Origin: Klebsormidium nitens
Taxonomy: Eukaryota; Plantae; Klebsormidiophyceae
NCBI GenBank assembly: GCA_000708835.1
Contig: DF237555.1
Location: 1-53,337 of the forward strand
Reading direction: 5' to 3'
Length of the DNA stretch: 53,337 nucleotides
The position numbers and the translations under genes were made by a program. How positions within the stretch are numbered: position 1 is the stretch's first letter; each line of letters starts with the position of its first letter. The notes beneath the pieces are model-generated. The model had not been told where the DNA came from. It searched no databases and saw only the letters and a program-made list of their open reading frames with translations. Below, piece by piece: positions 28,807-40,996 of this stretch.

Positions 28807-30533
28807 AGGGGAGAAGCGGCGCAGCGTAGAGCAGGGAAGACGGAGCGCACCAAAGGGCGCCAGTCAGTGCCACGGGCTAGTCAAGAGTCAAGATGAGAGC
28901 TGAAGCCGCAAGTCAAGGAGGCCATCCTCCAAGGAGCAGTTCTCAGACGGTTCGGAGCATCCCAATGATTGTATTCTTGTTTCTATTGTACACAGTTCCT
29001 TTTTAATGCTCCAAGTCACTTCGACCAACACGTTTGATTCACGATGTTGACTGGTTACGGTGCTCTTCTCTACAGCTAAGCTTGCAAGGAATTTCAATGA
29101 CTTAACCCAAGTCACTAACTACAGCGTGAGCTAGCTATGGTGCTCTAGCATTTTTCATGGGTTGAGCAATTTGATTTCCGTTGCACCAAAGAAGCTTGCT
29201 GACTGCATTTGGATGCGTGGCCACTGAACCTAACTTAGTAAGCGAATTGACAACCGGACCAGGTCGAAATCATGCAAGTGCCCAACCTAGATGAGTTTCG
29301 ATTCAAGTCTGGAGGTGTTGCTATACCATGTCTATAGTACTAAGGTTACAATATTCCTCTCACTGTGGTAGAATATGTCTACGCTGCCTACGTGATGATC
29401 GTACGGTTCAATCGCATGCATATACGGGCAGCTGCGCGGCGGCGCAATTGCGACTGAGCCTGATCGATATCCAGCCTATAGCTGCATATGACTCACATGG
29501 TGATGTGCCGCCCAATCATGCTGGATTAGTTCTAGCTAGTGTTGCCAAGTCACGTCCGCGTCGGCTGCATGACGCTGACCTACACGTTTGTATATATAGT
29601 ATACCTAGCGAAGCTTTCTAATCTGATCCCATGTCCGATCACGCATGCTGCCATATTGACTTTATAGGGCAGGGTCACTATGGCTTGCCATGCCATGGCG
29701 CATGCAAAGCATGTAATCTCATTCAATACAAATGGCAGAGCCGGAAGCATTCTTACCACTTGCGGTCCCCGACATAGCAAGAATGAACTTACACGCTCAA
29801 GCCTTCTTGTCGGATGCAGCTATAGTTCCAAGCCTCTATATCATTGCTTATATATAATGCAACGGCTAGATTTCACGGTCCACCTAAGTTCTAGTAGAAC
29901 TGACCCTGCCCAAGGTGTAATCTTGGAACTCAAGCTATATATGCAATATGTCGCCCGTGCAATGCACGGTTACGCGATTTCATGGGCTGTGACCATTGGA
30001 GGGGCGCCGGCGCTTCCGCAGCTGGCCGCCGGTTGCAGGAATGGGCACTGTTTGATCGACAGCACGTGCATTATGAGGCCGCCCAAACGGAAACTCTGCA
30101 TGATATAATATGAAAAGCGCGGCGGTTCATAAGCCCATGTAGCTATATAGCCGGTACGAAACTTCATGTATGTGAAGCTAGTAACGAAGTATATATAACG
30201 CGATCGTGTAGTATTTACTTTAGCCAAGCACGCGCGGCGAGCCATAATGTAAAGTGGTTCCATCTATGCAAATCATGCCAACGTGCAGTGGGGCAACGGC
30301 GAGCCGCACAAAGCACATGTCGCGCCGCCACGTTTGGGAGCGAGATCGGGCACGCATCTAACTGCATCTGGGACGAGGGACAGGGAGCGGCTGATCGTGG
30401 CGCCGGGCAGGCATGTGCCAGTCTGTCTCCACAGCTCAGGCTTGCAGCCGCGCGGCTTCATTGGTAACAGCGTCCCGGTGTAAACCTCCTCGAAAATGCA
30501 TCTACTGCGAAGAGCGGCTTCAGTTTCGGTCGT

Positions 30534-33500
30534 TCACGTGTCTTTGAGTCTGCTGCCGCCTATCCTCGGTGCTCTCGGGCCGTTCGCCCGGCCTGGCCCC
30601 GCCAGTCTGCCGCCGCCCTTAAGACTGCTCCGGTCCCGTTCTGCCCCCGGCGGCGACCGCCCCATGGCCCCGACGCCGCACTGTGGCTGCGACGCCATCT
30701 CGGGCGGCGGCGGCGGCTTCGTCCCGGGGCCATGGGGAGACACGGCGTCGCCTTTGACGGGGGAGAGCGGCGCGGACAGCGCCAACAGCTCCGAGATGGA
30801 GGGGTCACTTTGTAGGGTCGCAATGGGGGATCCCAGCCCGGCAAATCGCGCGGAGGCGAAGGAGTATTGCACGGCGGGGGCCAGGCTGGCCGCACCACGC
30901 TTGACGGCCTGGTACGCGGCCAGCTTGCGGAAGAGGTACCTGCGCAGCGGGCGACCGCGCGTCAGCCGCGACACGCGCACAGGATCCACTCCGCCAGGGC
31001 CGGCCCCTACGAGCTGGCAGCGGCGTCACCGAAAGGCCTGCGATGTCGGAGCGGTATACCTTGGCAAGCTCGCTAAATCGTCCAAGCAGAGAGCGTCGAG
31101 AGGAGGAGCAGACGCGGCCGGTCAGCGGTGCTCCAGTTTGAGGCTGTTGTCACGTGGCGGTCTCTGCCGCGCCTTACTCGAGCGCGTGCTGCCGCTGGTG
31201 CGGCGCCAGCTCGTCGAGGCCCCCTTGCACCACCGCGGGGCCCGTGCTGTCGGGGCCGCCTGCCGGGGGCGCCGTCACCGCCACGATCTGCTCGCGCACA
31301 TCCGCGAGGCACGCACGCAAAAAATGCAGCGCCTCGTCCTCGTGCGCAGCGGCCGCCGCCAGCTCCGCCGCCTGCGCCTCCGCCACACCGCGCAGCCGCG
31401 CCGCGTCCTGCACAGCCAGATGCGGGACGAGTTAGGGCACCGGCTGTGCAATCCCGTAACAATCTGTGGTTGACAATCTGGCCACGGATGAAGCACAGTC
31501 CAGAGCGGGGAGCAGCCTCCCAGGTATCCCCGGCCCCTCCTCCCGCCGTGTCGCGCTTGCCGCGGTTGCCCGGGCTCACCTGCTGCGCTGCGGCGAGCTG
31601 GTCCTCCAGGGCGTTGCGGTGGGCCGCCAGGGCCCGCGCCTGCGCGCGCAGGTCGGCACACTCCTGGTCAACCTCGCGGTGCGCCTCGTGCTGCCCCGCC
31701 ACGCGCGCTGTGAGCAGGGCCACCGCCTTAGCGGACAGGCACTGCTTGCGCGCCACCTCCGCCGCGAGCTGGCACCGCGCCGACAGAGAAAGGCACACGT
31801 CAGGCAGGGGTCCCAGGACAGCGTCGTTTGGGCACGCTCGAGCCGGGGCGGCAGCAGAGGGCCCGCTCTGAAGCAAGCTGCAGGGGGCGGAGGGGGCAGA
31901 GGGGGCGCACCGTGTTGGAGAGGTCGAGGTCGCGCTTGAGCGCGGCATTTTCGGCGGCCAGCTTCTCGCTCTGCTGCAGCAGCTTCTCCGCGCGCTTGGC
32001 CGTGTAGCGCAGCTCCGTGGCCAGGGCCTCGTTCTCCGCAATAGTCGCGCGGGTCGCCTGCGCAGGATGCCACGCCGCATGCTCAGCAGCGGCACTGCAG
32101 ATCACGGCCGAGTGCCAGCTCAGCGAAGGTGCTCCACGAGGCTAGCAGCAGAGGGTGCCCCCCGGAGGCCTGCATGCTGCAGCTTGCTCAAGGAGGAGTC
32201 CTAACGCCGGTAGGCGGGGCGACCGCTCCTCTGAACTCAATCAGCTTGACAACAAACCCCTCCGTCAAACACTGGCATTCAGCAGAGGCTGGAGGCATGT
32301 CTGGACAAGCACCAAGGGCCCGCTCCCCCGCTGCCTGCCGGCGCTGTGCAGGGTGCGCGGCGCTGTCCCGCTGGCGGCGCGGGCTCACTGTGTCCAGCTG
32401 GCTCTCGGTGAGGGCCATCATGGCCGCCTTGGCCTCCTTGAGCTTGGCCGCCGCCTCCTTGCGCAGTGCATCCTTGTCCTGCACCGCAGCACCAGCCGCA
32501 GGGGCACACGTGAGCAGGGCACCCGGGCGCAGCATGCAAGCGGTGAGGGGAATACTCACGCAGTGCACTCGAGTGGAAGGGCTGCAAGGAGATCAAGGGC
32601 AGGCATGCGCACTTGCGAGGTCAGGGAGGCTCCCTTCTCATCAAAGCTAAGGAACTGACGTGCTTCCAAAGTCTTTGGTCAGCAAACAAAGACGCGCACC
32701 GAGACACTGCCTTCCAGTTAAACTCGAAACGCATTAACTCAATGTGCCCAGAAGTCTCGCATGTTCCCCCCAGTCGGCTCCTTGGTTCCCCTGACGCCTG
32801 ACCTGCACGGTGTGCCGCTCCAGGCTGCACAGCGCGTCCTCGTGCTCCTTGTGTTGCCGCACCAGCTCCGCGCGCGCCGCTGCCAACTGCTCGTCCAGGT
32901 GGCCCTTGCGCTCCGCAAAGTCGCGCACCTCCTGCACACACGCGCAATGCCACCACCCGGCTCACCCCACCACCCTCCGCACTCTCTGGTGATGCAGGCC
33001 TAGTACACCGAGAAGAAACATGTGCGCGCGCGGGTATGCCTTGCCTCCGCGCTCACCCGCAGCTGCCTCTCGGCATCCTCGGTGCGGGTCGTCAGGTCTG
33101 CAATGTGCTGCTTGGCGGTGGTGCGCTCCTCCGCTAGCTCACGCTCCAGCGCCCCCCGAGTGCGCTCCGCATCCCGCAGCGCCTCCGCCAGCTGGCGCTC
33201 GAGCGCCGCCACTGCTGCTGTCTTGGCCGCCACCTCCGCTGTCAGCACCTCGCTGCACCACCAAGGTACAACATGGGGGGCTGCAGTTAGATGGGCCTGG
33301 CGAGTACACACAGGGGAGACAGGAGGATGGGGACTGCGCGCTGGGCTGCCCCAGTGGCGTCCCCTTTGCCAAAGTGCCAGCATCAGTCGGGCTTGCGGAT
33401 GGGCCCCACTGTCCTCCTCGGCCCTAGCCAGGCAGGCATCAGCTGGCACTGCAGTGGCCGGAGGCCCAGCGCAGCTGTCAGTGCCGGCTCCATGTGCGGG

Positions 33501-33825
33501 GCCTCGCGCTGCTGCTGGCGCTGCAGTCTACTGAGGTGGTAGGTTCCCACCTGATGTCGTGGAGCGAGCTCCGCGCCTCCGTCACCTCCTCGGTCAGCTT
33601 CTCGTTCTCCGCTGTCAGCAGCCGGCACCGCTCACTCAGCGCGGTCAGCCGCTCCTTGGCCTGCGCCGACAGCAGGCGCCGCTTCAATCGGCTGTCCGGG
33701 TCGCCCTCGCTCTCTGCATCCCCGTCGTCCTCCAGCGCCCCTTCCCCTTCTGCCTCCTCCTCCTCCTCCCCCACCTCCTCCTTCTCGTCGTCGCTCGTCT
33801 CCGCCACGTCCTGCTTGGGACCCAT
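30534..33825 (-). CDS. CFAP157: Coiled-coil cilia/flagella-associated protein, CFAP157-like
   Basis: Acidic N-terminus, then spliced coiled coil ...EVRDFAERKGHL...LERHTVQ|DKDALRKE...LTESQLDT|ATRATIAENEALATELRYTAKRAEKLLQQSEKL...HALE|YLFRKL. This recalls CFAP157 (LEKKSVLDKDRLRKE...TTKRAIKEN). Orthology is from memory, not a search. Confidence 0.7.
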
Positions 33826-34463
33826 CCTGCAGCCGACCGTGCCCCGCCAGGAGCCGGACCAGAAGCAGGGAGGGGCCGACGGCGAAGAGCGGAGCCAAGG
33901 GAACGGCCTTGGCCCTGGGCTGTAGTGTGCGCAGAAATCGCAATGCTGTGGCCAACAAGCGCGTACTTTTAGTCGTAGGCAGTAGTACTACTTGGCACTT
34001 GATTGATGCAGATGCTGCCAGGGATCTGGTTACAATGAGGCATGGCATGGTCATTGGTGAGGCGCCCAATCTCGCATGTTTAGCGCGCCAGCACTGGCCC
34101 GGCCGCCAGACTCCAGAACTGGAAACGCTCCGACTCACACTGACCGAATGCTCCAAGCCGGCGGGCGGCCCGGTGTCCCAAGAGAACACTCTTGTTTGCG
34201 CGCGTATGGCTTTATCGAGGGCTCAAAATAGGCTCCTTAAATTTGAACGGTCGATCAAGCCAGTTTGCATGTTATCGCAGAGTCGGTCGCACAGGTTCAA
34301 GTTGCTACATTCGGTATGTACTATTCTCGTGAGCATTTCCGTTTGGGGCCCTTTTCGCGGCCGCTAGGACTGCTGCCGCCGCCCTGAGCATCCAACATTG
34401 ATGCTGTGTTTGACTAGCTGGGTAAGCCAGTGCTCGTTGCGACTTCCCAGGAGCGAGCGCTCA

Positions 34464-34469
<6 letters not shown>

Positions 34470-34500
<31 letters not shown>
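34470..34500. repeat. (GA)15 microsatellite; a (CT)8 tract lies at 35394-35410
   Basis: Direct read; both tracts sit in the divergent CFAP157/orphan intergenic region. Confidence 0.95.
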
Positions 34501-34502
<2 letters not shown>

Positions 34503-34693
34503 CGACAGCATTTGAGCAGAGTGGTCAACATGGCAAGGCAATGCCATCCTCAGAGATGTCACTGAGGCAAGCCGGCGACGCAGCGATCCCTTTGAGTCAG
34601 TGCCAAGTGTCCTGCAATCCGTGTCACCTTCTTGCACTTCCAAGAAGAGAGACATAATTACAAAATATGAAACACAGTCGACATAAGTAGCTT

Positions 34694-35358
34694 NNNNNNN
34701 NNNNNNNNNNNNNNNNNNNNNNNNNNNNNNNNNNNNNNNNNNNNNNNNNNNNNNNNNNNNNNNNNNNNNNNNNNNNNNNNNNNNNNNNNNNNNNNNNNNN
34801 NNNNNNNNNNNNNNNNNNNNNNNNNNNNNNNNNNNNNNNNNNNNNNNNNNNNNNNNNNNNNNNNNNNNNNNNNNNNNNNNNNNNNNNNNNNNNNNNNNNN
34901 NNNNNNNNNNNNNNNNNNNNNNNNNNNNNNNNNNNNNNNNNNNNNNNNNNNNNNNNNNNNNNNNNNNNNNNNNNNNNNNNNNNNNNNNNNNNNNNNNNNN
35001 NNNNNNNNNNNNNNNNNNNNNNNNNNNNNNNNNNNNNNNNNNNNNNNNNNNNNNNNNNNNNNNNNNNNNNNNNNNNNNNNNNNNNNNNNNNNNNNNNNNN
35101 NNNNNNNNNNNNNNNNNNNNNNNNNNNNNNNNNNNNNNNNNNNNNNNNNNNNNNNNNNNNNNNNNNNNNNNNNNNNNNNNNNNNNNNNNNNNNNNNNNNN
35201 NNNNNNNNNNNNNNNNNNNNNNNNNNNNNNNNNNNNNNNNNNNNNNNNNNNNNNNNNNNNNNNNNNNNNNNNNNNNNNNNNNNNNNNNNNNNNNNNNNNN
35301 NNNNNNNNNNNNNNNNNNNNNNNNNNNNNNNNNNNNNNNNNNNNNNNNNNNNNNNNNN
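34694..35358. other. Assembly gap (665 N) flanked by a 13-bp direct repeat
   Basis: ACATAAGTAGCTT at 34681-34693 and 35359-35371. Confidence 0.95.
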
Positions 35359-35453
35359 ACATAAGTAGCTTCCAATGGTGACGAAACAGACAGCTCTCTC
35401 TCTCTCTCTCACAGCCACTAGACGAACGCAGCCGCTCTTTTTGGGCGGTCACC

Positions 35454-37106
35454 ATGGGCTGTGGTGCCTCTGCTGCGAGGGCCGCCGTCTCCCCCCACGC
35501 TGTCGCCAGCTCGCTGGCTCCCCCCAGTACAGACACCAACAAGGAGCCTTCAGAAGCCCAGGCCGGAGTGGGAGGGCCTGCCGCGGTGGCAGCAGAGCCG
35601 GACGAGCTGGAAGGGCTGCTGGCAGCGCTGGAGGAGCACGCGGACAGCAAGAGCCGCCGCACGGGGACGCCGGCCACGCAGCCGCAGGATGCCGGTGGGC
35701 AGCGCCCGGAAGGAGCGCTCCGCAACGGGGACCTGGAGCAGCTGCTGAGCGAGCTGCAAGAGGAGACAGAAGAGGACTGCGCCCGCACGAGCAGCAAGCC
35801 CACTGCGCTTGCAGCTCTGGCTGCGCCTCTGGCCGCGCTGACCCCGCCCGGGCCCGCCCCTGCGCGGCAGCTTGCCCCGCTCAAGGTCACCGGCCGCGCA
35901 CCCATTGCCTCACGCCTGGCACCCGCGCCAGCTGTGCAGCTGCCACAGGGGTCTCCTGCTGCTGGGAGGGCGGGTGTGTCCCCCACAAGTCCCGGGGCCA
36001 TGCGCGGCAGCACATGGGCAGGCAGCTGGGTGGCAGAGCTAGAGCCCCCCGACTCGGTCACGCTCTTGAGCATTGACCACCGCGGAGGGAGGGGCAGCGC
36101 AAGCCGTGCGTCCAGCCTGGGGTCGCCCTCTACCGCATCCACGACCTACATCACATTTGACTTGCTGCCGGACGGAGACCGCACGAGTGCGGAGGGGGAG
36201 GGGGAGGGGGAGGGGAGCCTGGGCCGGGGCAGCGCAGCAGGGGCCGGGGCCGGAGGCGCAGGGCTTGCGGGGGGCAGGGAGGAGCCCCTGCGGAGGAGCG
36301 GTGCACAGAGCGCCAGGGACGGGCTAGAGCAAAAAGCAGCGGAAGTGGACGAGCTGCTGCGCGATGTTTTCGAGGACCACGCAGGGCCCCAGCCCAGACC
36401 CAGGGCGGGAGCGGGGGCGGCCCCTGCAGCCGTGGTGGGGGTCAAGGGACAAGAGGGACTAGTAGGGGGGGAAAAGCTGAGAGGAATTGACGAGAGCGAT
36501 GGTCATGGCAAGCTGCAGCCCAGGACAGAGAGACCAGGCAGCAACACTGACGAGGCAGGGCGGCGCTGGGAGGGGACGCTGGCCAGCCGCAAGCTGGCAG
36601 CAGATGCTGGAGCGGAGGGACCGCCCACAACAGGGTGGCAGTCTGGCAAGTCGGGGGAGGTGGCGGCGACCATCTCTAACCGAACGAGCTCGCTTAAACA
36701 TCTCGAGGAGAAACGTGTTGATGGGTCTGGTCATGATGTGACTAATGGAGAGTTACCCGGGATTTGGCAGCGCAGAGAGGCAGGTGAGGAAGAGGGCCGG
36801 CGAGAGGATGGCGCCAACATCCTGGACCTGGACGACCTGGAGGACATCGCACGGGACGAGGACATAGAGGGGGAAGCATCACAATGGGGGGCGGGGATGA
36901 TGCCGGGAAAGAGGTCGGATGGCAACGGTGGACACCTCGAGTATAACAACCTGCACTTCGAAGAAGACGAGAGATCAGACACTCAAAGTGGTGACAACGT
37001 GGAGCGGTGGTCTTGCCGGGGGCGGCGCTCGTCCAGCAACGTTGAGCCGGCCAGCACGGAGTACGTGCTGGAGGTGGACACGCTGGAGCTGGAGGAGGAT
37101 GCATGA
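35454..37106 (+). CDS. Orphan, intronless, mostly disordered 550-aa protein with N-terminal MGCGAS dual-acylation motif
   Basis: Longest uninterrupted ORF in the window, GC-rich. G2/C3/S6 N-terminus and acidic LxxLL-like helices. No recognised domain. Confidence 0.6.
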   Translation: MGCGASAARAAVSPHAVASSLAPPSTDTNKEPSEAQAGVGGPAAVAAEPDELEGLLAALEEHADSKSRRTGTPATQPQDAGGQRPEGALRNGDLEQLLSELQEETEEDCARTSSKPTALAALAAPLAALTPPGPAPARQLAPLKVTGRAPIASRLAPAPAVQLPQGSPAAGRAGVSPTSPGAMRGSTWAGSWVAELEPPDSVTLLSIDHRGGRGSASRASSLGSPSTASTTYITFDLLPDGDRTSAEGEGEGEGSLGRGSAAGAGAGGAGLAGGREEPLRRSGAQSARDGLEQKAAEVDELLRDVFEDHAGPQPRPRAGAGAAPAAVVGVKGQEGLVGGEKLRGIDESDGHGKLQPRTERPGSNTDEAGRRWEGTLASRKLAADAGAEGPPTTGWQSGKSGEVAATISNRTSSLKHLEEKRVDGSGHDVTNGELPGIWQRREAGEEEGRREDGANILDLDDLEDIARDEDIEGEASQWGAGMMPGKRSDGNGGHLEYNNLHFEEDERSDTQSGDNVERWSCRGRRSSSNVEPASTEYVLEVDTLELEEDA

Positions 37107-39131
37107 GGCGGCGAAAAGCACATGGGCGGATCAGCTGAAAAAACGGAGCAAGCAAGAGAGTGGCACCGGATGGACTAGTTTGGGGCACATGTCATAGCGC
37201 GAGAAAACGCGCGAGTTGAGCGGTTATCGTCTGCGTCATTAGCAAGTATTCTAGATGTACTTATGGTCTCCTTATGGTCGACATATTTTGAGCACAAATA
37301 GCCTCGGGAATGCGTATGTTTGCATCATGCACGCTTATGAACGAATCAATGCTTAAATCCAATTTCAAATCATAGTGGCCATGGGCCGCGGCGATCCTGA
37401 ACAACCCTCGAATATTGCAATATACCTATTGCAACAAGCCGATTAGCATTGCATGCACACCGCTTTGTTGGACTCATGAGGAAGTTGACAATGATGTTTG
37501 GATTCTCGATCAGCGAGGACGTCGATCGGATGGGCACGTCGATCGGTGATCGTTAGAAGAGTTTAACATGCAATCATGTTGCGTGCTGTAGTAAAATCTC
37601 TGTGCCCAAAGTGCAGAGTGCTGCAGGGCGACATAAGTTCATAAATATCAAAAGCACGCTGAGTTACACCTAGCTGCTATAAACCATTTGCAACCGCTGG
37701 TTGACATCATTGTTGCATGAAAGGGCGGCGCCGTGGCGTGTTTGAAAGATGTTTGTGCAATTTCGACGCTTTGCAAAGACTCTAGGATCAACACGTACTA
37801 AATATATGCCAAATATTTGGTGCAATTTAATCTATACATGACTGATTAAATGACCTTCCTTTACAATATAGCCAACAGGGGTGTCCATGCACAGCCGGCG
37901 TGGAGCGCGGTCTGAACGTTCGACGCTGTGCGGCGCGGCAAGGCGAAGTTATTGGCACCACTGATCAGGCCATGGAAGCCTATGGCCCATGTGGCTACGG
38001 CGTTTTGAAAAGAGAACATCAGGCTCATGTGCATATGTGTACGTGTCATGCATCATGATCTATAAAGTGCATGCGGTGCAAAATTTAGATGAGGACATTT
38101 CCTTTAGTAAACCACATCAACCGGACGTCAAACTCATGCAGACATTGACTGGTAGCCGCAGCAAGCTCTGCGGAGTCAAAACTCAACCGAACAAAGTCAT
38201 ATGCTTTATACATGCCGGAGACCGTGCTCATGCATTCACAACGGCTCAGCTATATATAAGGGCGTTGCATGATTAAATCAATACCTATGTCGGACCGTGC
38301 TACATAATTTAAATGATGCTCAAGTAGGTCTAGGCGGGGCATGCTGAATGATTCCATATACAGATCATGCATGATTGAAAACCCGAGAACATCCGCGAGA
38401 CAGACGGTTGTTGCTTCTTTAAGTTTGCCGACGGTAGGTTGTTGGACGGCCCAGACATCACTGATCAGCAGCCACAACAAGCTGCAAAATTGATGCTTAC
38501 CGTACTGTCTCTCATTACATGGCTGGACTCGCGAGCATGTTGCCCATGCAATTGTTTAAAGAGGGCGCTTAAGGATTCATAGGAAGGGACAATCGAATCT
38601 CCTACGCAGGAAGGGCCCATAACGGCTCGATAGCTTGTCTTCTGTTTGAGCTCGGAAACATTCCCGGGGAGATACGAGTTTGGTGGCTGTCTTGGCCAAA
38701 GTCCGAATCAAACAAAACTCAGTTGCAACCGCATTTACCTGGAGACTTCCAATATGAATCTTGGCGTGATTCAATAATTGGCTGACAAAGCATCAGCTTC
38801 TAGGCCATGCTAGGTCACGGTCAGTAGTTTGTGATTCCGACATTGACATTAAGGAGAGAAAGGACTGGAAGCTGCTAGCAGATGCAAGCTGTCCTTACCT
38901 GGATATGCTGAATTGTCCCATTTCCTACAGCTCTGAGCCACTTGTGGCGCGCACAAGTACTACTTGGGATAACGTCCTAACACTGGTCAAGAGAATCGTT
39001 GTCCAACTTCGGGCCAAGTAAAGACAGGGCTGCGGTTGCAGGTTCTGAACATCACCTATACAAACGCCGCTCGCTCGCCAACAGCAGATTTTACGAAATT
39101 CGTCCTCGAGGTTGAGATGGATTACAAAATC

Positions 39132-40996
39132 TCAAACGTTTTCTGGAGGGAGGCCCCCCCAGACCGTACTGCCAACCTGCTTGTAACCTAAGCTCGGCAG
39201 CGATCGCCCTGCTGAGACGGGAAAGAGAAATTCCTTCCGTGGCGTACTTCCATGGTGACCCAGCCATGCTGGCTCACGCTGTGTTGAGGGTGTGCCTGGG
39301 GATGTACTTCTTCCCGCGATCTTCACACAACGTCTGCAGAGAGCAATTACAATCCATCCCCATTGAACAACCTCGTGCAGAATGCTCGCAATCTCAAACG
39401 AGTCGCAAGCACGGACTTAATAAGCTGGCCAGCCAGCTTGCTAGCATCCCACCAACATGCTGCACATAATCGAGCGGGTTCACAGACAAACTGACCAAAT
39501 ACCTTCTCAAATACCACCTGCCGTACATGCAGAGACAGTACGGCCAGTCCATGGCACCTGCATGCCTGCAACATCAGCGCCAGGTGGCAGGCCAGGTGGC
39601 AGGGCGCAGCGAGAGGCTCCTCACCTGCAGTTCCTCGGACATGGGCTCCGCCACATGGACTGCATAACACCCGGGCACAAACTTGCCTGTGGCAAAGGCG
39701 AGGAGGGGATGAAGGTGTGAACGAGAGCTTTACCGGCAGAAGAACACACGCGCGGTGTGCCAACGACAGTGGCCAACTGTAGGCATGAGGGGACCGCATC
39801 ACCCAAGGGGACCGCATCATGAGCAAGCTCAACCAATGGAAGGCTTCAGCACCGGAGGTCTCCATCATCCAGACCAAAGTGTGCAAGCATCTCGACCTTT
39901 TCCTACCAGGTCGTTTCTGCAAGGCGTTTTCCCCCCTCTTCCCGGAGATGCTTGGATCTTGAATTTGTCACTTACACTATGAACCATCTGCTGAACAGCA
40001 ATCTCAAGACAACACAACAAATTGCTGTTTCAGTACCAAATAAGGGGCCGATTAATGTTGACATTGTCTGAGTAATGCATGAGGGTGGAAAATGGTCCTG
40101 CCACTCGTCCACTCACCTATTCTCTGATAGCGAGCAACCCAGCTGGCGTCAGGGTGCATCAAGGCAATCACACTGCCCAGGGCCATGAAACAAAGTGAGC
40201 CTCTGTCTCAACTAATCACGCTGAACACACAGTGTAGAGGCAGCAATACCCGAAAGCTTGGGATGAAACACCACCCTCCAATGTTTGCAGCTCCCATCCC
40301 AGATGTGAAGGAGTGGGTGTGCAACAACGCATTCTAGTGCCCAAGCTTCAACAAACCAACAGCATTGTCAAGGCGTGTCAATCAAAGTGGTGCAAGTGGT
40401 CCGCCTGGCTAGATTTCACGGGAGCATATGATCAGTGGACTAGGACACGTATACACTCAAACTCCGGAAGTCTACTTTTTTATGTGTATCTGCAATCGTT
40501 TACTGGCCAAATTACTAGCATAGGAATGGAGGCTTTTCTCCCCTTCACAGAGCTGTCAAGCACAGCATCATTTAAGAACAGGTTCTGAGCTGGTCTAAGA
40601 GCTTTACATTGCCCGCCGGTCCTGCCCTTGGTCACTTACCCTGAGAAGTTGTGCGTTGTGCATTCCAGGACCCGATCCTTGTCCCGCTCCATGACAAAGA
40701 AATCGCAATTTTCACAGCCAGCCTCCAAAAACTGTACAAGCAGAAGCGCCCAGCGAGGGCTCAGCAGACACAAATCAGAGAGGAAGAGACAGCAGCCATA
40801 TTGAGATATGCACTCTACGTCATAGCACCACCAGTAACACCACAAGGAGAAACAAATAATAAGAATCTTCGAAGCTCTAAACTGTTGGTTGCTTGCTCAC
40901 CTGTTCAAAGGTTTTCACAAGAGAGCATCGCAGGCAGGCCCGCAAGCTGCGACCAAAGTCGGTTGGGACAGCTGCTGCCGGCATTGTTTCCGCCAT
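39132..40996 (-). CDS. SPT4: Transcription elongation factor SPT4
   Basis: Exons 40996-40901, 40731-40640, 40172-40117, 39686-39625, 39333-(39132, or spliced onward near 39276). Product: MAETMPAAAVPTDFGRSLRACLRCSLVKTFEQ|FLEAGCENCDFF...CTTHNFSG|VIALMHPDASWVARYQRI|GKFVPGCYAVHVAEPMSEELQ|TLCEDRG. Four Zn-binding Cys present. C-terminal end uncertain. Confidence 0.92.

Noticed and set aside
38478-38500. 19-nt GTAAGC...TTGCAG mini-intron-like segment on the minus strand
   Set aside because: Far shorter than all other introns here and not within a supported exon chain.
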